A DNA stretch of 32,420 nt from a virus (Duplodnaviria; Heunggongvirae; Uroviricota; Caudoviricetes), in IMG/VR virus record IMGVR_UViG_3300048573_000453, positions 1-32,420 of that record; one strand, 5' to 3'. Shown here one piece after another: positions 15,821 through 24,124 of this stretch. A program made the translations under genes and the position numbers. Each line of letters starts with the position of its first letter. Position 1 is the stretch's first letter. Under the pieces are notes generated by a model. The model was not told the DNA's origin. It ran no database searches and saw nothing but the letters and a program-made list of their open reading frames with translations.

Positions 15821-17662
15821 TTACTGACCGCGCAAAGATCTATCAATTATGGGTTTTTTATTATCTGTTGATGGCCATGAATAAATGTACTCGCCTGCAT
15901 GATCTTTAACAATTAGGAAGGTATAGTTTGCAAAAGTATAAACCTTCATATCTGCTTTATATCCAGGAATACGTTCTTGGAATTCCATTGTTGCGTCAGT
16001 GACTTTAGTTCCAAACTTGACCAAAAACGATGCAACTGAATCGATTTCTTTTTTGGAGTTGGGGCCTCCGCCAATATGAGCAACGACCTGAATGTCTTCA
16101 ATTCGGGTCGTAGTAAAAGGTGAAAACACTTGGCGACCAATCGCGCGGATGCCCTGACTCATATACCCCGGGAGATTGCGAACCATATGCCATTTGGGAT
16201 CTTCTTTGCCAGCAGCTTTCAATGCAGTGTTAATGACCCGTGGCAAATCAGCTGCGGTGGGAATCATGACATCATAGCTAGCATCAATTATGTCTTCGAG
16301 CCCTGATAGATCCATGCCCATAAACAAGAGCAACGATTCCATATCCATGCGAATATTTTTAGTTGCATTTCCTGTGTCAGCAGCCGAAGCAGTGTTAAAC
16401 TTTATAGACCTTTTTGCATCTCCACCAAAAGGCTTGCTTTTTGCAGCTGGTGCATTTTTACCATCAGTGCTTGAGAATTTAATGTCATCTAGCTTGGCAC
16501 GAAACGTGTCTTTCGGGATTGTACGCTTTGGACCAGGGCCATCATCGGCTTCCGCCATAAATTTTAAAAATTTGGTTCGATAAGATTCTTTAACGGCCGC
16601 AGTTTCTAAGGGTTTGACAGAGTAATCCGAATTCAAATCTTTGCTTGTTAAGCCCATTAATTTGTAGTCACCTGAACCATAGCCACCGCCCTGAAATTTG
16701 AGGTTTTTGCTAACAATGATTGTTCTTAGTACAGAGTGAAACTCGGGCTCAATGGCGCCATTGTGTTTACCTTTTAGTTGAGCTATAGTTTTTAGGTTTT
16801 TTGTCAACTCGAAAGTTGCCCCTGGCAAACCTTCTGGGCCCTGAAGCGACCAAATTACCAAACTTCCATTTGTTACGTCTTTTGCATAAGTTCCTACACA
16901 GTGGGCCATGACTTCGCCCTCAGTTTTAACAAACTCTGCAGACAGAGCCTTTACTAATCGGAAACCAGGCGGCAATGGTTGCTCCATATGAACAATTTCG
17001 AAATCTTCGTCCCGCTTTAGCAATTTAAACTTCTGCTTCGCTATGTCTTTTGATAACTTTGCAGATTTGCGGCTTAGATACGCGTGATACGCCCGTGCAT
17101 TACCAATAGCAACAACTGGTGAAACCTTTGTGAAGTCTTTTAAGAAATACAGGTCGGGTAAGATTTCAACGTTGCGGTCTTCTTGATTTATCGCAACAGC
17201 ATTCAAATAGTCTATTAGCTCATCAGTTACTTTTTGTAAGATGCGCGGCATGCGAATTTTGCGGCCACCGGCAAAAATGTGTGCTGTATCCGGGCTTTTG
17301 CGAATGTATTCTGGAAACATTGCTAAAAAGTTTCCGCGCTCAATATGCGGGAACTCTTCTTCCAGGTCATCAATCACCGCATTAAATTCAGGGTACAACA
17401 TGCTTTTAAATTTTTCTTCACTGGCGTATGCACCACCATGAGAGTCGTACCCGACTGCTTCGTTTTTGATCCAGTTCTTAAAGTTTGAATTAAACCATGT
17501 TCTGACTTTGGCTTGATTAGAACGCGGCTCAACACTCTTCTTCATAAACGTGTTAAAAATTTCGTTAAATGACGCAAAGCGTTCAATTACATCGCCAGAT
17601 GGGTCGGTGAGTTCGATTTCGACGCTACCGCCATTTGCAAAATTGGCTTCGAATAAATGCAT
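15821..17662 (-). CDS. 613-aa protein with PcfJ-like domain; putative head-packaged protein
   Basis: KTEGEVMAHCVGTY..IWSL..ATFEL..IAQLKGKHN is the PcfJ-like pattern; N-terminal MHLFEA; internal KFLKFMAEA; upstream TAAATA. Confidence 0.65.
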   Translation of the reverse strand: MHLFEANFANGGSVEIELTDPSGDVIERFASFNEIFNTFMKKSVEPRSNQAKVRTWFNSNFKNWIKNEAVGYDSHGGAYASEEKFKSMLYPEFNAVIDDLEEEFPHIERGNFLAMFPEYIRKSPDTAHIFAGGRKIRMPRILQKVTDELIDYLNAVAINQEDRNVEILPDLYFLKDFTKVSPVVAIGNARAYHAYLSRKSAKLSKDIAKQKFKLLKRDEDFEIVHMEQPLPPGFRLVKALSAEFVKTEGEVMAHCVGTYAKDVTNGSLVIWSLQGPEGLPGATFELTKNLKTIAQLKGKHNGAIEPEFHSVLRTIIVSKNLKFQGGGYGSGDYKLMGLTSKDLNSDYSVKPLETAAVKESYRTKFLKFMAEADDGPGPKRTIPKDTFRAKLDDIKFSSTDGKNAPAAKSKPFGGDAKRSIKFNTASAADTGNATKNIRMDMESLLLFMGMDLSGLEDIIDASYDVMIPTAADLPRVINTALKAAGKEDPKWHMVRNLPGYMSQGIRAIGRQVFSPFTTTRIEDIQVVAHIGGGPNSKKEIDSVASFLVKFGTKVTDATMEFQERIPGYKADMKVYTFANYTFLIVKDHAGEYIYSWPSTDNKKPIIDRSLRGQ

Positions 17663-17696
17663 AATAAGATCCCTTGTAAAAAAATTGACATAAATG

Positions 17697-17704
17697 TATT
17701 TATT
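17697..17704 (-). promoter_or_regulatory. T4-like late promoter candidate
   Basis: AATAAATA on - strand 34 nt upstream of ATG 17662, just downstream of a strong terminator. Confidence 0.5.
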
Positions 17705-17714
17705 AGGGAAGTAA

Positions 17715-17750
17715 AAAGAAGGCCCGACAACGAATTGTCGGGCCTTCTTT
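17715..17750 (-). terminator. Rho-independent terminator
   Basis: AAAGAAGGCCCGACAA-TTCG-TTGTCGGGCCTTCTTT perfect 16-bp stem followed by more T on - strand. Confidence 0.9.
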
Positions 17751-17771
17751 AAAGCTTTGCTTACTTAGAAA

Positions 17772-18008
17772 TTAAGTCGTGTTTCTAGGAACGGTTTCAC
17801 TTCCAAAACATGGAACCCCATTTTCATGGTAGTTTTTCCATTTGTCGGTATAGTAACCGATCTCTCCACACTGAGTGCATTTAAACGCGCCAATTGAAAT
17901 GTCTGCTTGTGTCGATTTTCCCTCAACCCATTCTTCGGTATAGTAAGATGGGTCCCAATCATCCTCAACATAGACATATTTTCCTGGTTCCCTATGAGTG
18001 CAGCTCAT
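17772..18008 (-). CDS. Small hypothetical protein with CxxC
   Basis: MSCTHREPGK..FKCTQCGEIG; ATGA-coupled start at 18008. Confidence 0.65.
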   Translation of the reverse strand: MSCTHREPGKYVYVEDDWDPSYYTEEWVEGKSTQADISIGAFKCTQCGEIGYYTDKWKNYHENGVPCFGSETVPRNTT

Positions 18009-18169
18009 TTCTTCATCCAATTTCCACAAGTGTTTTTGATCACTCCATAGAATTGTCCATGTTGCTTGTCACTCCAATTCTTCTTGCATTCTTGCCAGGG
18101 ATAATTGAAACTTGTGCCCTGGTCATGATGCTTGCAGTTTTGGCATACTGGTTCAATTTTTTGTGTCAT
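18005..18169 (-). CDS. Small Cys-rich hypothetical protein
   Basis: AGGAG RBS, MTQKIEPVCQNCKHH..CKK..TCGNW. Confidence 0.65.
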   Translation of the reverse strand: MTQKIEPVCQNCKHHDQGTSFNYPWQECKKNWSDKQHGQFYGVIKNTCGNWMKK

Positions 18170-18237
18170 ATCACTCCTACGAATGACTACCGAAATATGG
18201 CCGCCCAATGTTTGATCTCTTACTTAAACAGGTGTAG

Positions 18238-18410
18238 TCAGTATGTGTCCTTTGATTCCAAGGAAATTTCCGCAATAATGAATATAGCAACGCATGCAAG
18301 AAAAAATCTTGCATGCGGTTTCCAGGCGGCAAAATTAAAATCCGCAAAAACGAACGCACCAAACAAATAAGATGATAAGATTACCAAAAAGGCTTTGATG
18401 GGGTTTTCAT
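18238..18410 (-). pseudogene. Small membrane protein with frameshift after the start codon
   Basis: ATG 18410 directly after the upstream TAA gives MKTPSKPFW*; adding one base in the AAAA/CCCC run gives M-K-x-PIKAFLVILSSYLFGAFVFADFNFAAWKPHARFFLACVAIFIIAEISLESKDTY*. Confidence 0.55.
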
Positions 18411-18566
18411 TTACATTCCAAACTGCTTACGAACTTCAGCTTCTACGGCACGAGCAATATCAAGCCCATCTGAAATGATATCAGAATTACTTTTCCACGA
18501 ACCCAAGTTGGCTATAGCGATGATTGCATCATCGCTCAATAATGGTGGCGATGTAGGATTGCTCAT
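18411..18566 (-). CDS. 51-aa standalone LSDxxI..ARAVEAEVRKQ module protein
   Basis: MSNPTSPPLLSDDAIIAIANLGSWKSNSDIISDGLDIARAVEAEVRKQFGM*; resembles the C-termini of the 28049 and 29578 genes; not in ORF track. Confidence 0.65.
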   Translation of the reverse strand: MSNPTSPPLLSDDAIIAIANLGSWKSNSDIISDGLDIARAVEAEVRKQFGM

Positions 18567-18567
18567 T

Positions 18568-18738
18568 TCAGCCCTCAATCAAATCAGAAAATACCCGAGG
18601 GGAAATCCTCCGTGCAGCCTTACGTCGAGCTGCATCATTGCTCTTCCTTGCATCCCGCTGCTTACCTGCATCTGGTTTGGTGCAACAACCAAACCGACAC
18701 TCAAGTTTAGCATTACGAGAATAACCATAAGCTTTCAT
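18568..18738 (-). CDS. 56-aa basic Cys-containing protein
   Basis: GGAGA RBS; MKAYGYSRNAKLECRFGCCTKPDAGKQRDARKSNDAARRKAARRISPRVFSDLIEG*; not in ORF track. Confidence 0.65.
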   Translation of the reverse strand: MKAYGYSRNAKLECRFGCCTKPDAGKQRDARKSNDAARRKAARRISPRVFSDLIEG

Positions 18739-18770
18739 ACAGTCTCCGATTTATGTTAGGGCAGTTTCAG

Positions 18771-18965
18771 TTACTTATCTTTAGTCTCGTAAACAGAGAT
18801 CACAGAAAACATCCCAAGAATCCACATTGAGGTATCAGAAAGCATCGCCATAACAGCACGCTCATAGCTACCGGTTTCACCCAGCGTAGCGACTCCAACA
18901 TACAGAATGGAAAAGATACTTAGGTAACGGTAAAGAAGATGTTGCTGGATCATATTATTTTCCAA
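18771..18965 (-). CDS. Small hypothetical membrane protein
   Basis: 64-aa ORF with two hydrophobic segments; start may be 18953. Confidence 0.5.
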   Translation of the reverse strand: MENNMIQQHLLYRYLSIFSILYVGVATLGETGSYERAVMAMLSDTSMWILGMFSVISVYETKDK

Positions 18966-19104
18966 GTTGTAATTTTTCAGGGTTCAGCAGAATATCAGGA
19001 GTATTATACAACATTTTCTCGCTATGTGCAAGCGAATCCTTCAAAGATTGCTGGTACATTTCTTTGTATTTCCCCGAGTAGGGCTTTTTAAAATTTGTGT
19101 TCAT
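18955..19104 (-). CDS. 49-aa hypothetical protein
   Basis: MNTNFKKPYSGKYKEM..; ATGA overlap with the stop at 19101. Confidence 0.45.
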   Translation of the reverse strand: MNTNFKKPYSGKYKEMYQQSLKDSLAHSEKMLYNTPDILLNPEKLQLGK

Positions 19105-19454
19105 ACAATTTCCCAGTGATGTTTCCGCTGAACAATCTTCTTCCCATTTAGCTTGAGAAGCGTCACAACATCCTTTGGAATCGAATAGACTTTGACCACC
19201 CAATGAGTAGGCGTGATAGTAATTTTTGGATCCTTCTTCACTCGTCCAGTTGGGGTATATTGACTTTCCCGAACCGTTCGCTTGTTGAACTTCTGCATAT
19301 GGTAAACGTAGATGCATCCATCATTTCTGCGCCCAATACCTGAAGATTCGGTCATAACAAAACCACGTGCTTGAGCATTTGTTGTTGGTCGGTTACAGAA
19401 ATCGAAACCGCTTTTCTCTGCATACACCGGAAGCTTGAGTTTGATAGTTGCCAT
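19101..19454 (-). CDS. Basic hypothetical protein
   Basis: MATIKLKLPVY.. start at 19454 downstream of the -10 at 19486. Confidence 0.6.
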   Translation of the reverse strand: MATIKLKLPVYAEKSGFDFCNRPTTNAQARGFVMTESSGIGRRNDGCIYVYHMQKFNKRTVRESQYTPTGRVKKDPKITITPTHWVVKVYSIPKDVVTLLKLNGKKIVQRKHHWEIV

Positions 19455-19485
19455 GGTTAAAATCCCAATTTGATTTGATAGACGA

Positions 19486-19494
19486 ATTATACTA
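19486..19494 (-). promoter_or_regulatory. Putative early promoter -10
   Basis: TAGTATAAT. Confidence 0.5.
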
Positions 19495-19510
19495 CGAAAA
19501 CGCTGCAATT

Positions 19511-19981
19511 TTACTTACAGGACATTTTATTGATGTGAATATTACTTGGCTTATTTTTGCCGGCCAAAATAGATTTCTGTGAACGTGGCTTATCATTCAG
19601 ATATATCCAAAAGAACGAAACGCTTGGAAATCTAACCGCAAGATTTATCAAGATCTCTAAGGTATCCCCGTCGCTAGATACAATATGCAACTCTCGCAAC
19701 GATTTGTTGTTGCAACATTCTTGCATTGCCAGCATTGCGATTAACATATCTACTGATTCCTTCCCGATATTGGGGGAAGAAACAACTTCGCAGCCATTCG
19801 ACTTTACCTTTTTAGGTAAAGAGGCACCTTCAGTATTAACCCATACGTATTTGATTTCTGAGGAAATCTTTTGCGCAAGCTTAACAAACGAGGTCATATT
19901 TACCGAGTCACCGTCAAAGAAGACAATGATTCCCGGTTTAAACCCATTGAAAAAGCTGCGAAAGTATTTTTTAAAGTTCAT
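19511..19981 (-). CDS. NYN/PIN-like domain protein
   Basis: IVFFDGDS, GKESVDMLI, LHIVSSDGD acidic motifs in NYN order; AGGAG RBS supports start 19981. Confidence 0.6.
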   Translation of the reverse strand: MNFKKYFRSFFNGFKPGIIVFFDGDSVNMTSFVKLAQKISSEIKYVWVNTEGASLPKKVKSNGCEVVSSPNIGKESVDMLIAMLAMQECCNNKSLRELHIVSSDGDTLEILINLAVRFPSVSFFWIYLNDKPRSQKSILAGKNKPSNIHINKMSCK

Positions 19982-20004
19982 TTTGTCTCCTGCAAAAAGC
20001 AAGC

Positions 20005-20196
20005 TTAAAGTTGACTTTGTTTGGCAAGAGACAATTTACGAGCAAGAAGACCTGCGTCACCTAGCCAACCATCTTTGTGTTCATTGATGAAGTTATCAAC
20101 GTCAGATTAAGTGAAGGAAAAAAGAATAGTCCAGACAAGATGGGTTTGATCTTGAAAGGACTTTTCGGTGAAGTTGAGTGAGTATTTTTTAATCAT
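20005..20196 (-). pseudogene. 63-codon duplicate of the C-terminal half of the 22680-23036 gene, with premature TAA
   Basis: MIKKYSLNFTEKSFQDQTHLVWTILFSFT*SDVDNFINEHKDGWLGDAGLLARKLSLAKQSQL*; TAA at 20107-20109 replaces Arg30. Confidence 0.85.
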
Positions 20197-20202
20197 GGGG
20201 AG

Positions 20203-20211
20203 ATTGTACCA
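20203..20211 (-). promoter_or_regulatory. Extended -10 promoter, probably leaderless transcript
   Basis: GAAATCATGGTACAAT-N6-ATG(20196). Confidence 0.6.
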
Positions 20212-20239
20212 TGATTTCGGAAGCATCCACTACTTTAAG

Positions 20240-20854
20240 CTATAATTTTAGGCTTGTCAGGTAAAACCTCGCCAATGATTCCAAGTACGGATCATTACGG
20301 GCATAGTCATCTTCAATTCCTAGGATTTTCTTTTTCTCATCGATGTTGGAAACCCAATCCACCGGCTCAAATGTTTCTTTAGCCTCTAGATAATTTTCGG
20401 TATTCATAAAAACTATCTTATCAGCCCAAAGAATTAAATTTACGCTAAGTGGGATTAAAGCTTCTTTTGACGTTCCGCAACTACGTGCGTTAAACCCCAT
20501 TTTTGTAGCAACATCAGCGAAAGTTGGGCTGCGCAACATTCCAACGCTGCAAACAAACAGCAACCGCTTTTCTGGCCCCTGAAACTTATTCGCATATGGA
20601 ACAGTCTCAAGAAAAATCTTCTGAGTCAAATGCTGCCGACTTTTTGGTTTCAAGTCTGAGAGTTTTGGCTCTTGTTTTACTACAGAGACGCAGTGCGGTT
20701 CAAACGAATCGTGGAATTCAAATTCAATCAGTTGGTCGGGATTATCTGGGTGCTGATAAGTTTGGGAAAAATAATTTGCCGTGAATTGGCCATCATTGGC
20801 ACTTACTGGGTCAAGATGCTTGACGCGATTCCAAAGATCTTCAAGGTTTAGCAT
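20240..20854 (-). CDS. Low-molecular-weight protein-tyrosine-phosphatase-like protein with N-terminal extension
   Basis: LLFVCSVGMLRSPT CX5R P-loop, ARSCGT, LILWADKIVFM, LGIEDDY. Confidence 0.8.
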   Translation of the reverse strand: MLNLEDLWNRVKHLDPVSANDGQFTANYFSQTYQHPDNPDQLIEFEFHDSFEPHCVSVVKQEPKLSDLKPKSRQHLTQKIFLETVPYANKFQGPEKRLLFVCSVGMLRSPTFADVATKMGFNARSCGTSKEALIPLSVNLILWADKIVFMNTENYLEAKETFEPVDWVSNIDEKKKILGIEDDYARNDPYLESLARFYLTSLKL

Positions 20855-21248
20855 TTTGTTTATAGAGTATTGCTGTTGAAGGGAAAACTTGTCCAGGAGA
20901 ACGTTGGTAAATCACTTCTCCCTCTGGGACTTTGTAAACTACAAAATTTCCAGTCACCATTGAACTTCTTTTACCGCTTCTAACTTCATAGTTTTCATCA
21001 AAGGCCGTAGTCATTTTAGCAATCACGGGTTCATTCAACGGCATGGGCACTGGCGCAAACGAAAGAAGCCAGACGATGGTAAGAATTGCCACAGAAAATG
21101 GAGCATGGAATTTTAATTCGCCAAAAAACTGTTCACGATCGCTATTGTCGAACAATGCGATCGTGAACAAAAGAACTAATCCTAGAACGAGGTAAAACCC
21201 GAAATGCGAAGCGTTTGGGTCTGGAAGCATTTCGGTGGTGTAGTACAT
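20841..21248 (-). CDS. Hypothetical membrane protein (2 TM)
   Basis: Two hydrophobic segments in the N-terminal half. Confidence 0.65.
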   Translation of the reverse strand: MYYTTEMLPDPNASHFGFYLVLGLVLLFTIALFDNSDREQFFGELKFHAPFSVAILTIVWLLSFAPVPMPLNEPVIAKMTTAFDENYEVRSGKRSSMVTGNFVVYKVPEGEVIYQRSPGQVFPSTAILYKQNAKP

Positions 21249-21270
21249 TGTTTATTTTCCTTGGTATGAC

Positions 21271-21609
21271 TTAAAACTGGTCTTTTTTGACTAAGCATAT
21301 TGACAGTACTTTTCCGCCGGTGACACAATGAACACTCCAGCCTTCAAATTCTGGGAAATAAACTTCAGAGAAATCGCTTTCGAATTCATCGCCGTTATCA
21401 AGCGTTATGCCTGGAAAACGCTTCCATTGCTCAATTTCCGGAATGTAAACTTCCCTACATGTAGATACTGGATACGCCCTGCCGCTATCTGTCCAGACGT
21501 CCAAGTAAAAAGCGATAATGTTTTCGGCACGAACCCTGACATATCCGGCATCTCCAATTTTAATGGGCTTGCCGAAATGTTTTATTTCTACTTTAATTTC
21601 ATCACTCAT
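21271..21609 (-). CDS. Hypothetical protein
   Basis: 112-aa ORF in an operon-like run. Confidence 0.65.
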   Translation of the reverse strand: MSDEIKVEIKHFGKPIKIGDAGYVRVRAENIIAFYLDVWTDSGRAYPVSTCREVYIPEIEQWKRFPGITLDNGDEFESDFSEVYFPEFEGWSVHCVTGGKVLSICLVKKDQF

Positions 21610-22074
21610 TTAGCGGCCTTCATTAGCCCAGTCAATTACCAACTTTGGCTTTGCAATAACTTCATTGAACTTATGGTCCCAAGTAGTGCCGTCGTATGAA
21701 CAATAAGCCCCAGTGATTTCAACTGAGCCAACGAATATATCCATATCCCCATCATATTTAAAGAGCCCTATGATGCGCTGGACAAATTCTCCATCACCCT
21801 CGCATCCACCATCACTATCTAAAAGGCCAATCCAATATTTGTCACCTTCTGGAGTGCTTGCTGAGTACTTCTCAAATTCCCATTCACTGCTGTACTCGTT
21901 AGGAAACTGTTTTTTAAAAGCTTGGCGAATACCTAACTTTGACCCCTTAGTCATTTCTAAGATTGCTTCAACAGACATCACCATATGAACGCATTTGCGT
22001 TCTGCAATATCAACAATTTCATAGGTTTCTAGAGGGAAAACAAGTTTTAATTTTTCTAGTGCTGACATAATCAA
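21610..22074 (-). CDS. Hypothetical acidic protein, paralog of 22083-22598
   Basis: Shares KYW..D..GGxEGxGE..(V)EITG.Y.S..GT.WD....EVI.KP..VI.W. Confidence 0.75.
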   Translation of the reverse strand: MIMSALEKLKLVFPLETYEIVDIAERKCVHMVMSVEAILEMTKGSKLGIRQAFKKQFPNEYSSEWEFEKYSASTPEGDKYWIGLLDSDGGCEGDGEFVQRIIGLFKYDGDMDIFVGSVEITGAYCSYDGTTWDHKFNEVIAKPKLVIDWANEGR

Positions 22075-22082
22075 TCCTTAAT

Positions 22083-22598
22083 TTATTTTTTGCCCCATTT
22101 GATTACTGTTACCGGCTTGGGGATTACTTCATCGTAATCAGTATCCCATTCTGTTCCACTTTCCGAAGCGTAAAACCCTGTAATTCTTACGAGCCCGACC
22201 AACAGATCGGACGGGTCCTGGTATTCAAGCACGGCAATTACTTGTTCAGCATGCTCTCCTGCGCCCTCATACCCGCCTTTACAATCAATTGCGCAGAACC
22301 AATATTTTGTGCCATCGCCCCTGGTAAATGCAAAGCCTTCTCCATCAGAAGCATCTTCCCAAGTTTTGGCCAATAATTGGACATAATTTCCGTTGCAATT
22401 TGCCGAAAGATTTGGGGGAATATTTCCGCTCGTAATTTGCTGTCGAATCAGAATTGGGCATTGATCGCTTGAACCAAAAGAAAGTTTCTGTTCAAACGTA
22501 AAGGTAATTCCATTATCCAAGATCTCAAAAACCTCGTCGATACTAATGTCTTCTTGGGATTCAACAAACTCTTTGAAAATCTTTACTGCTTTGCTCAT
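22083..22598 (-). CDS. Hypothetical acidic protein, paralog of 21610-22074
   Basis: KYWFCAIDCKGGYEGAGE..RITGFYASESGTEWD..EVIPKPVTVIKW. Confidence 0.75.
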   Translation of the reverse strand: MSKAVKIFKEFVESQEDISIDEVFEILDNGITFTFEQKLSFGSSDQCPILIRQQITSGNIPPNLSANCNGNYVQLLAKTWEDASDGEGFAFTRGDGTKYWFCAIDCKGGYEGAGEHAEQVIAVLEYQDPSDLLVGLVRITGFYASESGTEWDTDYDEVIPKPVTVIKWGKK

Positions 22599-22679
22599 GA
22601 TCTGCTCCTTAAAATTACAAAAAACATGCTCATTATGAGCTTCTTAATTTACTAGAACTGTTTTTAGCAACATTCTAAA

Positions 22680-23036
22680 TTACAACTGGCTCTGAATCGC
22701 CAATGAAAGTTTGCGGGCAAGAAGACCTGCGTCACCATTCCAGCCATCTTTACGTTCATTGATGAAATTGTCAACGTCAGATCGGGTGAAAGAAAAGAGA
22801 ATAGTCCAGACAATACGCATCTGCTCCTGTTCGGATTTCTCTGGGAAATTTAGAGAATACGGCTTGATCATAGCTGATTCCAAATCTTTATCAAGCAAAT
22901 ACAGGGGCTTCAATCCCTCAAAAAAATCCGTAGGATCAATGCCCGGTTTGAAGTCACTTTCGTCATAGTAAACCCATCTAGGTTTATCATTTATCGGATC
23001 TTCATCCCAAAGTCGCCATGCAATAGGTTTAATCAT
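22680..23036 (-). CDS. Two-module hypothetical protein (PxAW..PLY module plus 63-aa module)
   Basis: N-terminal KPIAW..KPLY module; C-terminal 63 aa duplicated at 20005-20196. Confidence 0.7.
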   Translation of the reverse strand: MIKPIAWRLWDEDPINDKPRWVYYDESDFKPGIDPTDFFEGLKPLYLLDKDLESAMIKPYSLNFPEKSEQEQMRIVWTILFSFTRSDVDNFINERKDGWNGDAGLLARKLSLAIQSQL

Positions 23037-23040
23037 GATT

Positions 23041-24096
23041 TTACCCCAGATTGACAGATTCTTCTACTTTCTTAAACCAGAACTCTCGCGCCTTTGTCGC
23101 AAGAGGACCACCGATATCCTTGGGTTCAATTTGCGAGGCCGCCATCACATCTAATTCTTCCTTCAAAATATCACCTACCACAAGCTTGATATATGCACCA
23201 GTGGACTTCGCACTAATCTCAAGTTGCAATTCTACAGCCTTTTGGAACATCTGCTCAAGTCGATTTTCAGTTGCTGCATACTCAATGAAGTCAGCAATAC
23301 TCTTAACTTTTTCGACATCTACTTCAGCAACAGTCTTGACTTTAGAAACACTATGTTTTTCTCCCTTTATCTTCATCATCACCGACAAAACATCAAAGCC
23401 ACAGTCCTGACCTTCTTCGACAACCCATACTACGCCTTCGCCGATAAGGGAACCAATTTCTGCATCGGGCTTGAAGTAGCGAGCAACAGGGCAATCAGCT
23501 TCAACTTCTTGAGTAATACGAACCAACTCATTTTGCATCAGTGCCGGATTGGAAAAGTCGATTTCGATTTTCCATGTCTTAAAGAAATACTTGTCAAAGA
23601 CAGAAGGATGAACTTCGAACTTAAAGACTTCATCATAGACTACTTTTGGTTCCCAGTCGGTGCACTCAGCATCTTCAGAAACGCGAATACCGAATACCAT
23701 GAAGAATTTGTCGAGGCCAGTCAAACCGACGCCGGATTGGATACTACCACCCGCCCATTCGCCGAATACTTGAATATAACCAGTTTTGCCCGGACATGCC
23801 TTTTCGATTCGATTGAACATGTCATTCAGTTCAGCACGAATGGAATTCCCCCAGAACCAGAAACCTGCATTATCTGATTCCAGCGACAGAATGCGTTCGC
23901 GAGACTGGAAGTAAATGTCTTCGGCAGTTCCGCCGACTTTGCGGACAATTCCACCATTGGACCCGTGTGCCTTGATAAAACCGACCATTTTCAGTTTCGG
24001 TACTGGCTTCCCGTGGTACTTGGCGCTAGATTGAATCTGCTTGATAGCATCGCGAAATTGGCCGATGCTTGGGAATTTAATCATAGGGTTTGTCAT
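23041..24096 (-). CDS. rnl2: RNA ligase, Rnl2 family
   Basis: Nucleotidyltransferase motifs I KAHGSN, III QVFGEW, IIIa FMVFGI, IV EGVVW, V KIKGEKH; C-terminal Rnl2-like helical domain (TENRLEQ..). Confidence 0.8.
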   Translation of the reverse strand: MTNPMIKFPSIGQFRDAIKQIQSSAKYHGKPVPKLKMVGFIKAHGSNGGIVRKVGGTAEDIYFQSRERILSLESDNAGFWFWGNSIRAELNDMFNRIEKACPGKTGYIQVFGEWAGGSIQSGVGLTGLDKFFMVFGIRVSEDAECTDWEPKVVYDEVFKFEVHPSVFDKYFFKTWKIEIDFSNPALMQNELVRITQEVEADCPVARYFKPDAEIGSLIGEGVVWVVEEGQDCGFDVLSVMMKIKGEKHSVSKVKTVAEVDVEKVKSIADFIEYAATENRLEQMFQKAVELQLEISAKSTGAYIKLVVGDILKEELDVMAASQIEPKDIGGPLATKAREFWFKKVEESVNLG

Positions 24097-24124
24097 GATA
24101 TAAGTTTTTGTTTAAAGTTGAATT

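Noticed and set aside
19105-19317. N-terminal part of ORF 18955-19317
   Set aside because: It fully overlaps the 19101-19454 gene in another frame; an ATGA-coupled start at 19104 is more parsimonious
23224-23877. 217-aa + strand ORF, and other antisense ORFs such as 19557-20087, 17894-18370, 4714-5136 and those within LRR genes
   Set aside because: They are shadows of well-supported genes on the opposite strand, with no motifs, RBS or promoter; the antisense ORFs in the LRR arrays arise from the repeat periodicity
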